Part shown: in pieces, positions 18,610 to 27,763 of the stretch
Numbering within the stretch: position 1 is the stretch's first letter
How the letters are laid out: each line of letters begins with the position of its first letter
NCBI GenBank assembly: GCA_965237415.1
Contig: CBDEFM010000002.1
Coordinates: 288,001-352,000 of the forward strand
Length of the DNA stretch: 64,000 nt
Reading direction: 5' to 3'
Source of the DNA: Alphaproteobacteria bacterium
Lineage (GTDB): Bacteria > Pseudomonadota > Alphaproteobacteria > UBA828
Position numbers and translations under genes: made by a program
Notes under the pieces: generated by a model
Seen by the model: only the letters and a program-made list of their open reading frames with translations
What the model was told of the DNA's origin: nothing
Databases searched by the model: none

Positions 18610-19719
18610 CTATTCGGCCACGAACGTCGGGGAGAAGTCGGCGGGCGCGAGCGAAAGGCGCGTGCTGAAGGTGTCGAGATTGCCTTGTTCGACGATGTGG
18701 ATCAGCGGCCCCGCATGCGGATGTTCGAGCTTGCCTTCAAGGAGCCGCACGGCCATTTCGATGCCCATCCGGCCCTGCAGGGCGGGGAAATCTGTTGGCG
18801 CCGCGAGGATTTTGTCGCGCTTGATTCCGCGATAGACCGCATGGGTGAAGTAGTCCGCCAGCACCCGGATCTGACCGGTGAGGCCGCGCGCCCTGAGCAG
18901 GCTCACTGCCGCGCCCGCAGTGACCGCGCTGCCCACGATGTAGTCGACATCCGGTCGTTCCTCCAGCGCCTCCTCGACCAGGATCAACTGAATCTCACGT
19001 CCCGTATCGCCCCACTTCCGCACGACGATCTCGACGGCGCTGCCTGCGAGCGCCTCGGTGAATCCCTCCTCGACGAAGTGGGCCCACTGCGATTCCCGCG
19101 GGCCGGGGAACCAGGCAACCTTGACGGGCGGTGTGCCCGCCGGGTGGAGGCTGGCGAGGTAGGCGCCGGTCACTTCCCCCATCGTGATCCAGGAGACGGC
19201 GGCCTTGGCGCTGATGCCGGGGTCGGCGATATCGTTGACCACGGCGATCACCGGGATCTCCTCGCTGATCGCCCGCACCGCTTCCGTCAAGCCGTCGAAG
19301 CTCACCGCCCCGAGCGCCAGGATGTCCGCGTCACGCGCGCAGTCGGTGATCTGGGCGATCTGGCGTTCGAGGTTCGGATAGCCGCCGGCTTCGACGACGC
19401 GGAGCGCGACGCCAAGCCGCCTCGCCTCCTCGACCATGCCGTAGTTGACGCTCAGCCAATACGAATCCTTGAGGTGAGGGTACGAGGCGCAAATGCGCCA
19501 CTTCTGGGACGCGCGAGCGAGTGGCCGATAGGTGATGGTCTTCTTCGGGCTGCGGAAATCGAAGGGCGGCGACCAGACTTCGAGCGCCCATGTCGTGGGC
19601 GACGCGGAGTCCTGCGCCGCTTCCTGCGCCGGCCCTTGCGCCGGGCCTGCGGCCAACGCCAAGCCTGCGATGAGGCCGAGAAGCATCCCTGGCAGTCGCC
19701 CCGAATTCATGACCGGCAT
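18610..19719 (-). CDS. torT: Periplasmic TMAO-binding sensory protein TorT
   Basis: Signal peptide; ICASYPHLKDSYWLSVNYGMVEEA, EAGGY, WGDTG, DYIVGSAV. Adjacent to torS and torR. Confidence 0.88.
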   Translation of the reverse strand: MPVMNSGRLPGMLLGLIAGLALAAGPAQGPAQEAAQDSASPTTWALEVWSPPFDFRSPKKTITYRPLARASQKWRICASYPHLKDSYWLSVNYGMVEEARRLGVALRVVEAGGYPNLERQIAQITDCARDADILALGAVSFDGLTEAVRAISEEIPVIAVVNDIADPGISAKAAVSWITMGEVTGAYLASLHPAGTPPVKVAWFPGPRESQWAHFVEEGFTEALAGSAVEIVVRKWGDTGREIQLILVEEALEERPDVDYIVGSAVTAGAAVSLLRARGLTGQIRVLADYFTHAVYRGIKRDKILAAPTDFPALQGRMGIEMAVRLLEGKLEHPHAGPLIHIVEQGNLDTFSTRLSLAPADFSPTFVAE

Positions 19720-19766
19720 TCTGAGGCCGATTGCCTTTCAATTCCAACAAGTGTTCTTATTCGGTG

Positions 19767-22733
19767 ATGTTCGGCCGCTTCGGCATCGCGAGCCGCCTGT
19801 TCGCTGCCTTCGCCGGCGTCGCGGCTCTCTCTATCGCAGCCGGAGTTATCGGCTGGGTCGTCTTGCGCAACGTCGATACCGCCCAGACGACCATCGTCGA
19901 CCAGGCCATGCCGGCAATCTCCGAAGGCCGGATCATCGCCGAGACCTCGACTCAGATTGCCGCGCACGGCGCCCTGCTCGCCACTGCCGAGAGCCAGGCC
20001 GAGCGACGGGCCGAGGCCGACATTCTCCGCTCCACGACCGATCTGCTCTCCGCCCGTCTCGATGCGCTGGAGGGGTACGGCTTCCCCGAACGGGAAGTTG
20101 CCGAAATTCGCCGCGTGGTATCGGCGCTGGCGGCCAACCTGGAGAGACAGGACGAGATCGTCGCGGCGCGTATCGAGATGAATGCCGTCCTGGCAGCCTC
20201 GGTCGCACGCTCGCTGGATGCCGCCGGCGAGCTCTCCGCACTTTCCGAGACGCTCACGTCCAACGCGGCGTCCGGTGCGACTGTCGTCATCTCCAACCTC
20301 TACGAGCTGGCCGAGGACTCCGAGCGGCGGCCGGCCATGCTGGATGCCTTCGACAGGCTGGTCGAGGCCGATCTCTTCCTGCTGGAGCGGATGTTCGAGC
20401 TCAGGATGCGTGCTTCTGAGCAGGGGCTGCTGCTCAACCAACTCAGCCGAGCGCGCGATGCGCACGAGATCGCATGGATCGAGGAGCGCTACAGCGGCAA
20501 CATCCGCATCCTCCCTCGCCGCGTGGCCTTGATCGACGACCCGACCCGCCGCGAGCAGGCGGGGACGCTGGTCGCCGCGCTCGCCTCGGACGGGCCTCCC
20601 GGCACCCTGGGTTTGTTCGATATGCGCCGCCGGACCCTGTCTCTCGATGCGGCGCTCGCGGCCCTCGCCGACGACAATCGCGCGTTGACCGATCGGATGA
20701 ACGAGGGCGTCGCCGCGGTCGTCTCCCGCTCTCAGCTGATCGCTGCCAATGCATCCGAGGCGGCGGACAGTGCCGTCGAATTCGGCGGGCTCACCGTCCT
20801 GCTCCAGATCGTTCTCTTCATCGCCATCGCGGGCGCCATCGCCTGGCTCTACGTACATCGCAATCTCGTCCACCGGCTGACGGCGCTCCACCGAGTCATG
20901 CAGAGCCTCGCAGCCGGGCGCCTGGACGTGGCGGTGCCGACCGGAGGTAGCGACGAGCTCTCCGATATGGCCGATACGGTCCGCGTGTTCCGCGACCAGG
21001 CGATCGGCAAGCGTCAACTGGAGGAGGAGCGCGAGCAGACCAATGCCGAGCTTCGGCAGCACAAGCAGGATCTGGAGAGACTGGTCAAGGAGCGCACGGC
21101 TCAGTTGACGGAGGCCAATGCCCGGCTGGTCGAGGAGGTGCAGAACCACGATCGTGCCCGCGACCGCGCCGAACAGGCCAGCCGCGCCAAGTCGGAGTTC
21201 CTCGCCACGATGAGTCACGAAATCCGCACCCCGATGAACGGGGTCCTCGGCATGTTGCGGCTCATGGCCGACGGCCCGCTGAACGAGGGGCAGCAGCAGC
21301 AGGTCAGGGTCATGCGTTCGTCGAGCGAGATACTGCTCGGAATTCTCAACGACATCCTCGACTACTCGCGAGTCGAATCCGGCGGGATCGAAGTCGACAA
21401 CGCCGTCTTCGATCTGCACGAACTGGTCGAAGACATCGTGGTGCTCATGCAGGGCCGCGCCAGGGAGAAAGACCTGGCCCTCGACTTGACGATTGACGAG
21501 GGCGTGCCTGCGGCGGTGACAGGCGATCGCCAGAAGCTGAGCCAGGTGCTCCTCAACCTGCTCGGCAACGGCATCAAGTTCACGGACCGGGGCAGCGTGA
21601 CGCTCGTGCTCTCGAGCGGCCCGGACCCCGACAATGTTTGCCTCTCCGTGGAGGACACCGGTCCTGGCATCGCCGAGCCTGACGTCGCCCACCTCTTCGA
21701 GCCCTTCTATCAGGCGGCATCGTCGCGCCGACGAGGACAGCAGACAGGCACAGGGCTTGGCCTCGCTATTTCCAAGCGGCTGGTCACGGCGATGGGGGGC
21801 CTCATCGCGGTGGAGACGGAGCCGGGGAGCGGCAGTTGCTTCTCTGTCACGCTACCGCTGCCGCAGAGCGAAGCCGCAGCCCAGCCGCCCGTCGAAGCAG
21901 TGCCGCACTGGGTGACCGGGCCCGACAGGGCGCTGAGCGTCCTCATCGTCGAGGACAACGTGGTCAACGCGATGGTCGTCGAAGCCTTTGTCGCCAGGAT
22001 GGGGCACGAGCCGCTCGTAGCGCCGACCGCCGAGGAGGGGCTCGAGCTCCTGGAGAATCGGACGTTCGATCTCGTCCTCATGGATATCAGCCTGCCGGGT
22101 ATCGACGGCATCGAGGCGACGCAGCGCATCCGTGCCCACACCGACCCCGCGATCCGCTCGCTCCCCGTCATCGCCATGTCGGCCCATGTGTTCGACAGCG
22201 AAGTCGCCCAGCACTTGCAGTCCGGCATGGATGCCTTCATCGGCAAGCCTATCGCGCCCGACAGCCTGGCGGAGACCATCGCGCGCGTCTTCGGTCGTGC
22301 GGGCGGCGGGCGCGATGCCGGGAGCAGCGACCGGGAAAGCGCCGACGACGGATCGATCATCGATCCGACCGTGCTGGCGGAGGATCGCGCGGTCCTCGGG
22401 GCCGAGCGCGGCGCCCTGATGATCAACACCTTCGTCGAGACGGCGCCGGTCCAGATCGACGGCATCAGGCATGCGCTGGCCGAGGGGCGGTTCGAGCGGG
22501 CGGCGGACCTTGCCCATGCGCTCAGGGGGGGTGCCGGCAGTCTCGGGCTGCGCCGGCTCGCAGACCGCTGCGGCGTTCTCGAAGCGCGCGCCCGCACACC
22601 GGAGGCGGCGGCTCTCGCCGAGGACCTGGCCGGGCTGTTCGACGAATCGCGGGAGGCGCTGGTGACGCTCTGGGCCGGGTTCGAGTCGGCCCAACGCGAG
22701 AGTCAGGTGGTTACCGCCGGGGTGAACACATAA
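19767..22733 (+). CDS. torS: Hybrid sensor histidine kinase TorS (periplasmic sensor, HAMP, HisKA, HATPase, REC, Hpt)
   Basis: Two TM segments around a helical sensor domain; H-box FLATMSHEIRTPMNG, GTGLGL, receiver DLVLMDISLPG, Hpt AHALRGGAGSLG. Confidence 0.88.
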   Translation: MFGRFGIASRLFAAFAGVAALSIAAGVIGWVVLRNVDTAQTTIVDQAMPAISEGRIIAETSTQIAAHGALLATAESQAERRAEADILRSTTDLLSARLDALEGYGFPEREVAEIRRVVSALAANLERQDEIVAARIEMNAVLAASVARSLDAAGELSALSETLTSNAASGATVVISNLYELAEDSERRPAMLDAFDRLVEADLFLLERMFELRMRASEQGLLLNQLSRARDAHEIAWIEERYSGNIRILPRRVALIDDPTRREQAGTLVAALASDGPPGTLGLFDMRRRTLSLDAALAALADDNRALTDRMNEGVAAVVSRSQLIAANASEAADSAVEFGGLTVLLQIVLFIAIAGAIAWLYVHRNLVHRLTALHRVMQSLAAGRLDVAVPTGGSDELSDMADTVRVFRDQAIGKRQLEEEREQTNAELRQHKQDLERLVKERTAQLTEANARLVEEVQNHDRARDRAEQASRAKSEFLATMSHEIRTPMNGVLGMLRLMADGPLNEGQQQQVRVMRSSSEILLGILNDILDYSRVESGGIEVDNAVFDLHELVEDIVVLMQGRAREKDLALDLTIDEGVPAAVTGDRQKLSQVLLNLLGNGIKFTDRGSVTLVLSSGPDPDNVCLSVEDTGPGIAEPDVAHLFEPFYQAASSRRRGQQTGTGLGLAISKRLVTAMGGLIAVETEPGSGSCFSVTLPLPQSEAAAQPPVEAVPHWVTGPDRALSVLIVEDNVVNAMVVEAFVARMGHEPLVAPTAEEGLELLENRTFDLVLMDISLPGIDGIEATQRIRAHTDPAIRSLPVIAMSAHVFDSEVAQHLQSGMDAFIGKPIAPDSLAETIARVFGRAGGGRDAGSSDRESADDGSIIDPTVLAEDRAVLGAERGALMINTFVETAPVQIDGIRHALAEGRFERAADLAHALRGGAGSLGLRRLADRCGVLEARARTPEAAALAEDLAGLFDESREALVTLWAGFESAQRESQVVTAGVNT

Positions 22734-23407
22734 CCCTCACCGTGCGCGGTCACGATGAGCTCGGGGTTCCTGGGGTTCTGCTCGATCTTCCGCCGCAGCC
22801 GCCGGATCAGGACGTCGATGGTCCGGTCGCCCGGCTCCCAAGACCGGTGGGTGATCAGCGCGAGCAGGCGCTCCCGCGTGAGGACCTGGCCCGGATGGCC
22901 CACCAGAGCGGTGAGCAGCTCGTGTTCGGCGCGTGTCAGCTGGACGGTCTCGCCCTGCGGCGAGACCAGCTTGCGGGCCGATACCGAGAACTCCCAACCG
23001 GCGAAGCGGCGTCCCGCCATGGGCTCCCGGATTCCTTCCTTGGCGCGGCGCAGGACACTCTTGACCCGCGCGAGCAGCTCCCGCGGGTTGAATGGTTTGG
23101 TAATGTAATCGTCGGCGCCGATCTCGAGGCCGACAATCCGATCAACCTCCTCGTCCCGCACCGTGACGAGGATGATGCCGACGTTGCTTTGCGCCCGGAG
23201 CTTGCGGGTCAAGTCGAGGCCGTCTTCGCGCGGCAGGTTTATGTCGAGCAGGATCAAGTCGGCGGCATCCCGTTCGAGGATGCGCCACATGCCGTCGCCG
23301 TCTTCCGCCTCGCTCACCCGATGGCCCGCGGTCTGCGCGTAGCCGGCGAGCTTGGTGCGGGTCACGGCGTCGTCTTCCACGACGACGATATGATAAGGGT
23401 CCGTCAT
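22703..23407 (-). CDS. torR: OmpR-family response regulator TorR
   Basis: HIVVVEDDAVTR, LILLDINLP, GLEIGADDYITKPF, RTIDVLIRRLRRKIE, VTAHGEGY. Context with torS/torT. Confidence 0.85.
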   Translation of the reverse strand: MTDPYHIVVVEDDAVTRTKLAGYAQTAGHRVSEAEDGDGMWRILERDAADLILLDINLPREDGLDLTRKLRAQSNVGIILVTVRDEEVDRIVGLEIGADDYITKPFNPRELLARVKSVLRRAKEGIREPMAGRRFAGWEFSVSARKLVSPQGETVQLTRAEHELLTALVGHPGQVLTRERLLALITHRSWEPGDRTIDVLIRRLRRKIEQNPRNPELIVTAHGEGYVFTPAVTT

Positions 23408-23436
23408 TCCCGAGCCCCGCGCATCAACCAATTCCC

Positions 23437-23498
23437 ATTTTCACATCTTTCATCATCTTTTACAGGCTGTTTATGGCAATGGTCTGTCTTGTTCACAA
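23437..23498 (+). promoter_or_regulatory. Candidate tor-box direct repeats in the torR/tmoX divergent promoter
   Basis: ATTTTCACAT (23437), TCTTTTACAG (23456), CTGTTTATGG (23467) and TTGTTCACAA (23489) resemble the E. coli tor box CTGTTCATAT. Confidence 0.5.
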
Positions 23499-23579
23499 CG
23501 CCTCTCTACTCTGATGCTTAGCTGCGCGGAGGTCTGCGCATGCCAAAGAGTGCACGCAAGGAACACGGAGGAGGCGACT

Positions 23580-24548
23580 ATGGTGGGAACGAATATGAGG
23601 CGATGGGCGATTGCTCTCGTCGCCGGGACCGCGATCGGCCTGTCGGGTGTTGGGTCCGGCGTGGCTCAGGCCGCGGACTCCGACGACCCGATCAAGATCC
23701 CGATCCACAACTGGTCAAGTCAAATCGTGGGCGCCAGCGTTCTGGGCAAGATTCTCAATGGCCAGGGTTTTGCGACGGAGTTCATCCCCGCTGATAGCCA
23801 GGTGGTGTACACCTCCATGTGCGAGGGCGACATCGACGTGGTCCACGAGGTCTGGCAGGGCGCGTTCGGCGTGGCGTTCGAGAAGGTGGTGGGCGAAGGT
23901 TGTGTGATCGACACCGCGACTCATGACGCCAAGACCCGCGAGGAGTGGTGGTATCCCAGTTATGTCGAGGAGCAGTGTCCGGGCCTGCCCGACTGGCAGG
24001 CGCTGAATGCCTGCGCGGAGATGTTCTCGACCCCCGAGACGGCCCCGAAGGGTCGCTTCCTCGGCGGCCCTGTCGACTGGTTGAAGCACGACGCCGAGCG
24101 TGTCGCGGGCCTCGGCATGGACTTCGACGTGGTGAACGCAGGCTCGGCAGCGGCGATATGGGCGGAGCTCGCATCGGCGTTCGAGCGCAAGGCGCCCATC
24201 GTGCACTTCAACTGGACGCCCAACTTCATCGAGGCGATCTACGACGGCAAGTTCGTCGAGTTCCCGGAGTATGGCGAGGGCTGCAAAGATGACCCGGCCT
24301 GGGGTCCCAACCCCGACATGACCTATGACTGCGGCAACCCGAAGGACGGCTATCTCAAGATCGGCGTCTGGAACGGCATGCCCGACAAGTGGCCGACGGC
24401 CTACGCCATTGTCCAGAAGATGAACCTGTCCAATCTGGATATCGCGGTGATGTCGAAGCTGGTCGACATCGACGGCATGGAGGTCGACGAGGCGGCCGAC
24501 AAGTGGCTGGCTGACAACGAAGCCAAGTGGAAGTCCTGGCTGAACTAG
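23580..24548 (+). CDS. tmoX: TMAO ABC transporter substrate-binding protein
   Basis: RBS GGAGGAG, signal peptide; DPIKIPIHNWSSQIV, EVWQGAFG, TREEWWYP, GPVDWLKH, FNWTPNF, YDCGNP closely match the Roseobacter TmoX sequence as I recall it. Confidence 0.88.
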   Translation: MVGTNMRRWAIALVAGTAIGLSGVGSGVAQAADSDDPIKIPIHNWSSQIVGASVLGKILNGQGFATEFIPADSQVVYTSMCEGDIDVVHEVWQGAFGVAFEKVVGEGCVIDTATHDAKTREEWWYPSYVEEQCPGLPDWQALNACAEMFSTPETAPKGRFLGGPVDWLKHDAERVAGLGMDFDVVNAGSAAAIWAELASAFERKAPIVHFNWTPNFIEAIYDGKFVEFPEYGEGCKDDPAWGPNPDMTYDCGNPKDGYLKIGVWNGMPDKWPTAYAIVQKMNLSNLDIAVMSKLVDIDGMEVDEAADKWLADNEAKWKSWLN

Positions 24549-24566
24549 CCTAGGAGTTGCTGGCGA

Positions 24567-24611
24567 CGAGGGCGCCGCCCTTCTCCCTGTGGCGGCGCCC
24601 TCGCTTTCTTT
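24567..24611 (+). terminator. Intrinsic terminator-like hairpin between tmoX and tmoW
   Basis: CGAGGGCGCCGCC-loop-GGCGGCGCCCTCG followed by CTTTCTTT. Confidence 0.7.
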
Positions 24612-24722
24612 AGCGCACATAGTACCGGCACATGGTAGTCGCTCTCCGCGCCACCGGCGATGGGGCCATGTGTCGCCAGGCGGGGCAGCGGCATACGCTC
24701 CGCCGGGGCGGGGAGGTGCCTT

Positions 24723-25745
24723 TTGGCCGAGCCCATTCTCACGTGCACCAACGTCTGGAAGCTGTTCGGCCCCAAGCCCCGGTCGTTCATGAACAAGCAC
24801 GGCGGCGCGCCCGGCCTCGCCGCCATTCTGGAAGAGGGCTACATCCCGGCCGTGTGCGACGCCTCGCTCGAGGTCAACGCCGGCGAGATCCTGGTGATCA
24901 TGGGGCTCTCGGGCTCGGGCAAATCCACGCTTCTCCGCTGCCTCGCACGCCTGATCGAGCCCACCGCGGGCGAGATCATGTTCGAGGGCCAAGACCTGCT
25001 CAAGGCGAGCAACCGGGAGCTCACGCAGCTCCGCCGCCACAAGATGGGCATGGTGTTCCAGCACTTTGCGCTGCTGCCCCACCGCACGGTGCTGCAGAAC
25101 GTCGCTTTTCCGCTCGAGGTGCAGGGCATCGACCGCCGCACACGAGAGGCCCGCGCCGGGGAGATGATCCAGCTCGTGGGCCTCGACGGGCGCGAGCGCT
25201 ACTACCCGCGCGAGCTTTCAGGCGGCCAGCAGCAGCGAGTGGGCATTGCCCGCTCGCTCGCGGTAGGGCCCGAGCTCTGGTTCCTCGACGAGCCGTTCTC
25301 CGCCCTCGACCCGCTCATCCGGCGCGAGATGCAGAACGAGTTTCTGCGCCTGCAGAACTTGCTGCAAAAGACGATCCTGTTCATCACCCACGACTTCGAC
25401 GAGGCGATCAGGCTCGCCGACCGGATCATCATCATGAAGGACGGCGTCATCGAGCAGTCCGGCACCGCCACCGAGCTGATCGAGAATCCGCTGACCGACT
25501 ATGTGCGCGAGTTCACCAAGGACGTAGCGCGGGACCGCCTGCTCACCGTGGCGACGGCGATGCGGGCCGCTGCGGCGGGCGAGGCCACGCGGGGCGAGAT
25601 AAAGGCGGATGCCACGCTGGCGGACGTCGCGCCGCAGGTCATCGAGGGGGAGCACCCGGTGGCCGTCGTCGACGAGAAGGGCGAGACGGTCGGCGTGCTC
25701 GACCGCTACGGCCTCGTCGACGCGATGTACGCCGGCCGCTCCTAG
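24723..25745 (+). CDS. tmoW: TMAO/betaine-type ABC transporter ATP-binding protein
   Basis: GLSGSGKS, LSGGQQQRV, FLDEPFSALD. TTG start after GGAGG. Confidence 0.88.
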   Translation: MAEPILTCTNVWKLFGPKPRSFMNKHGGAPGLAAILEEGYIPAVCDASLEVNAGEILVIMGLSGSGKSTLLRCLARLIEPTAGEIMFEGQDLLKASNRELTQLRRHKMGMVFQHFALLPHRTVLQNVAFPLEVQGIDRRTREARAGEMIQLVGLDGRERYYPRELSGGQQQRVGIARSLAVGPELWFLDEPFSALDPLIRREMQNEFLRLQNLLQKTILFITHDFDEAIRLADRIIIMKDGVIEQSGTATELIENPLTDYVREFTKDVARDRLLTVATAMRAAAAGEATRGEIKADATLADVAPQVIEGEHPVAVVDEKGETVGVLDRYGLVDAMYAGRS

Positions 25746-25749
25746 AGCC

Positions 25750-27738
25750 ATGGCAGACGCGCGCACCGTCGGAGTGTCGATTGGGGCCGCCGGCCGCGTC
25801 ATGCGTGCGCCAGGCGTGGGCCCGATCCTCGTGCTGGTGCCGTTCGTCGCGTTGCTGGCGCTCAAGCCCGTCCTGCCGGCAGAGGGGATCGTCTGGCCGA
25901 TGGCCATCGCGGTTCCCTTCATCGACTGGATCAACGTCGTCGTCGACGTCTTCCACAAGCACGAAATTCTTGGCGTCTTCACGGTCAAGGACGCGACGCG
26001 GGCGATCGCACGGGTGATCGAGTGGCCGCTCGACATCATGCACGGCCTGCTCGCCGGGGGCTTCAAGTCGATCGGCATCCCCGCCATTCCGTGGGTGATG
26101 ATCGCCGGCCTCGCCGCCGTCTTCGGCTGGTGGCTGAAGGGCTGGCGGCTCGCACTGCTTGCCGGCGGCTGCATCGTCTACTTCGCCATCTTTGGCAAAT
26201 GGTCGCTTTCGATGACGACGCTCTCTGTCATCCTGGTCGCGGCGCCGATTGCGGCTGCCGTCGGCGCCGCCCTGGGCGTGGTGGGGGCGAAATCGCCGCC
26301 CTTCGAGCGGGTGCTCTGGCCGATCCTCAACGTCATGCAGTCGCTACCGCATTTCTCCTATCTGATCCCGGTTGCGCTGTTCATCGGGGTGTCGCACCGG
26401 GCGGGGGCGATCGCCACTATCCTCTTCGCCATCCCGCCGATGACGCGGCTCACGGTGCTCGGACTCAAGGGCGTTGCCGAGGAAGTGCGCGAAGCAGGCC
26501 GCATGGCCGGTTGTACCCGCTGGCAGATGCTCTTCAAGGTGGAGATACCGGCCGCGCGCGATTCGCTCATGCTGGGCGTCAATCAGGTCATCATGCAGTG
26601 CCTGGCGATGGTCGTGATCGCGTCTTTCGTCGGCGCCAAGGGCCTTGGCCAGGACCTGCTCTTCCGGCTTCAGAGCCTGCGCCTCGGGCAGGCGCTGGAG
26701 AACGGCGTCGCCGTGGTGCTGATGGCGGTGATGCTCGACCGGCTCAGCCGGGCGCTGTCCGAGAGGCAGCCCGAGCGCCGCCCGGAGGGGCTGTTCTGGC
26801 GGGTGCACCCGTATCTGATGGCCGCGGGCGTCGTCATCGTCGCCTCGATTGTCGCGGCACTGCTGACGCCCCACGCCCAGGCGCTGCCCAGGTCCGCCAC
26901 CATCACCACCGCGCCCTTCTGGGACTCCGTCGTCGACTTCATCACCATCACGCTCTACGACCCGCTCTCTTTCATCCGCGACGGCCTCCTCATTTACGTG
27001 CTGATCCCGCTTCGCACGGGCTTCCAATGGATGCCGTGGATCGCGGTCGCGGCGCTGGCTGGCGCCATCGGCTGGCGGCTCGCAGGGCCGCGGCTGGCCG
27101 CGACGGTGGCGGGCTTCGTCTGCTTCATCGCGCTCACCGGCTTCTGGGAGCGCGCATCGATAACCGCCTACATGGTTTTCTTCGCACTGATCGTCTGCCT
27201 GATCTTCGGGCTGCCACTCGGCATATGGGCGTCGAAGACGGCGCGCCGCACCCGGTTCGTGCAGCTCCTCTGCGACACCTTCCAGACCTTTCCCTCGTTC
27301 ATCTACCTGATCCCGGTGATCATGCTGTTCCGGGTGGGCGACGTGGCGGCAATCACGGCCATCGTGATCTACGCCGCGATCCCGATCGTTCGCTACACGA
27401 TCTTCGGCCTGCGCGGCGTGCCCAATGAAACGATCGAGGCGGCGATCACCGCAGGCTGCACGCCGCGGCAGATCCTGTGGAAGGTGCGGATGCCGCTGGC
27501 CTTGCCCGAGATCATGCTGGGGGTCAACCAGACCATCATGTTCGGGCTCTTCATGGTGATCATCGCCGCTTTCATTGGAACGACGGACCTCGGGCAGGAG
27601 ATCTTCCGGGCGCTCACCTTTGCCGATGCAGGCAAGGGCCTCGTGATCGGCCTCTGTGTCGCGTTCATCGGGCTTACGGTCGATCGCCTGGTCACGGAAT
27701 GGTCGGCGCAGCGGCGGCGCCAGTTGGGCTTGGCCTGA
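25750..27738 (+). CDS. tmoV: TMAO/betaine-type ABC transporter permease (two fused ProW-like domains)
   Basis: Two repeats of Q.(L/F)P.F.YLIPV, EAA-like loops and GVNQ.IM motifs. Confidence 0.85.
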   Translation: MADARTVGVSIGAAGRVMRAPGVGPILVLVPFVALLALKPVLPAEGIVWPMAIAVPFIDWINVVVDVFHKHEILGVFTVKDATRAIARVIEWPLDIMHGLLAGGFKSIGIPAIPWVMIAGLAAVFGWWLKGWRLALLAGGCIVYFAIFGKWSLSMTTLSVILVAAPIAAAVGAALGVVGAKSPPFERVLWPILNVMQSLPHFSYLIPVALFIGVSHRAGAIATILFAIPPMTRLTVLGLKGVAEEVREAGRMAGCTRWQMLFKVEIPAARDSLMLGVNQVIMQCLAMVVIASFVGAKGLGQDLLFRLQSLRLGQALENGVAVVLMAVMLDRLSRALSERQPERRPEGLFWRVHPYLMAAGVVIVASIVAALLTPHAQALPRSATITTAPFWDSVVDFITITLYDPLSFIRDGLLIYVLIPLRTGFQWMPWIAVAALAGAIGWRLAGPRLAATVAGFVCFIALTGFWERASITAYMVFFALIVCLIFGLPLGIWASKTARRTRFVQLLCDTFQTFPSFIYLIPVIMLFRVGDVAAITAIVIYAAIPIVRYTIFGLRGVPNETIEAAITAGCTPRQILWKVRMPLALPEIMLGVNQTIMFGLFMVIIAAFIGTTDLGQEIFRALTFADAGKGLVIGLCVAFIGLTVDRLVTEWSAQRRRQLGLA

Positions 27739-27763
27739 CCTGTTGCGTGGGGAGGCGTCGAAG

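Noticed and set aside
17173-19767. Very long alternative ORFs such as 17173-19767 (+), 8817-11024 (-), 4850-6907 (-), 43624-45471 (+) and 55661-58399 (+)
   Set aside because: They are antisense or off-frame shadows of well-supported genes, expected in high-GC DNA, and carry no recognisable motifs.
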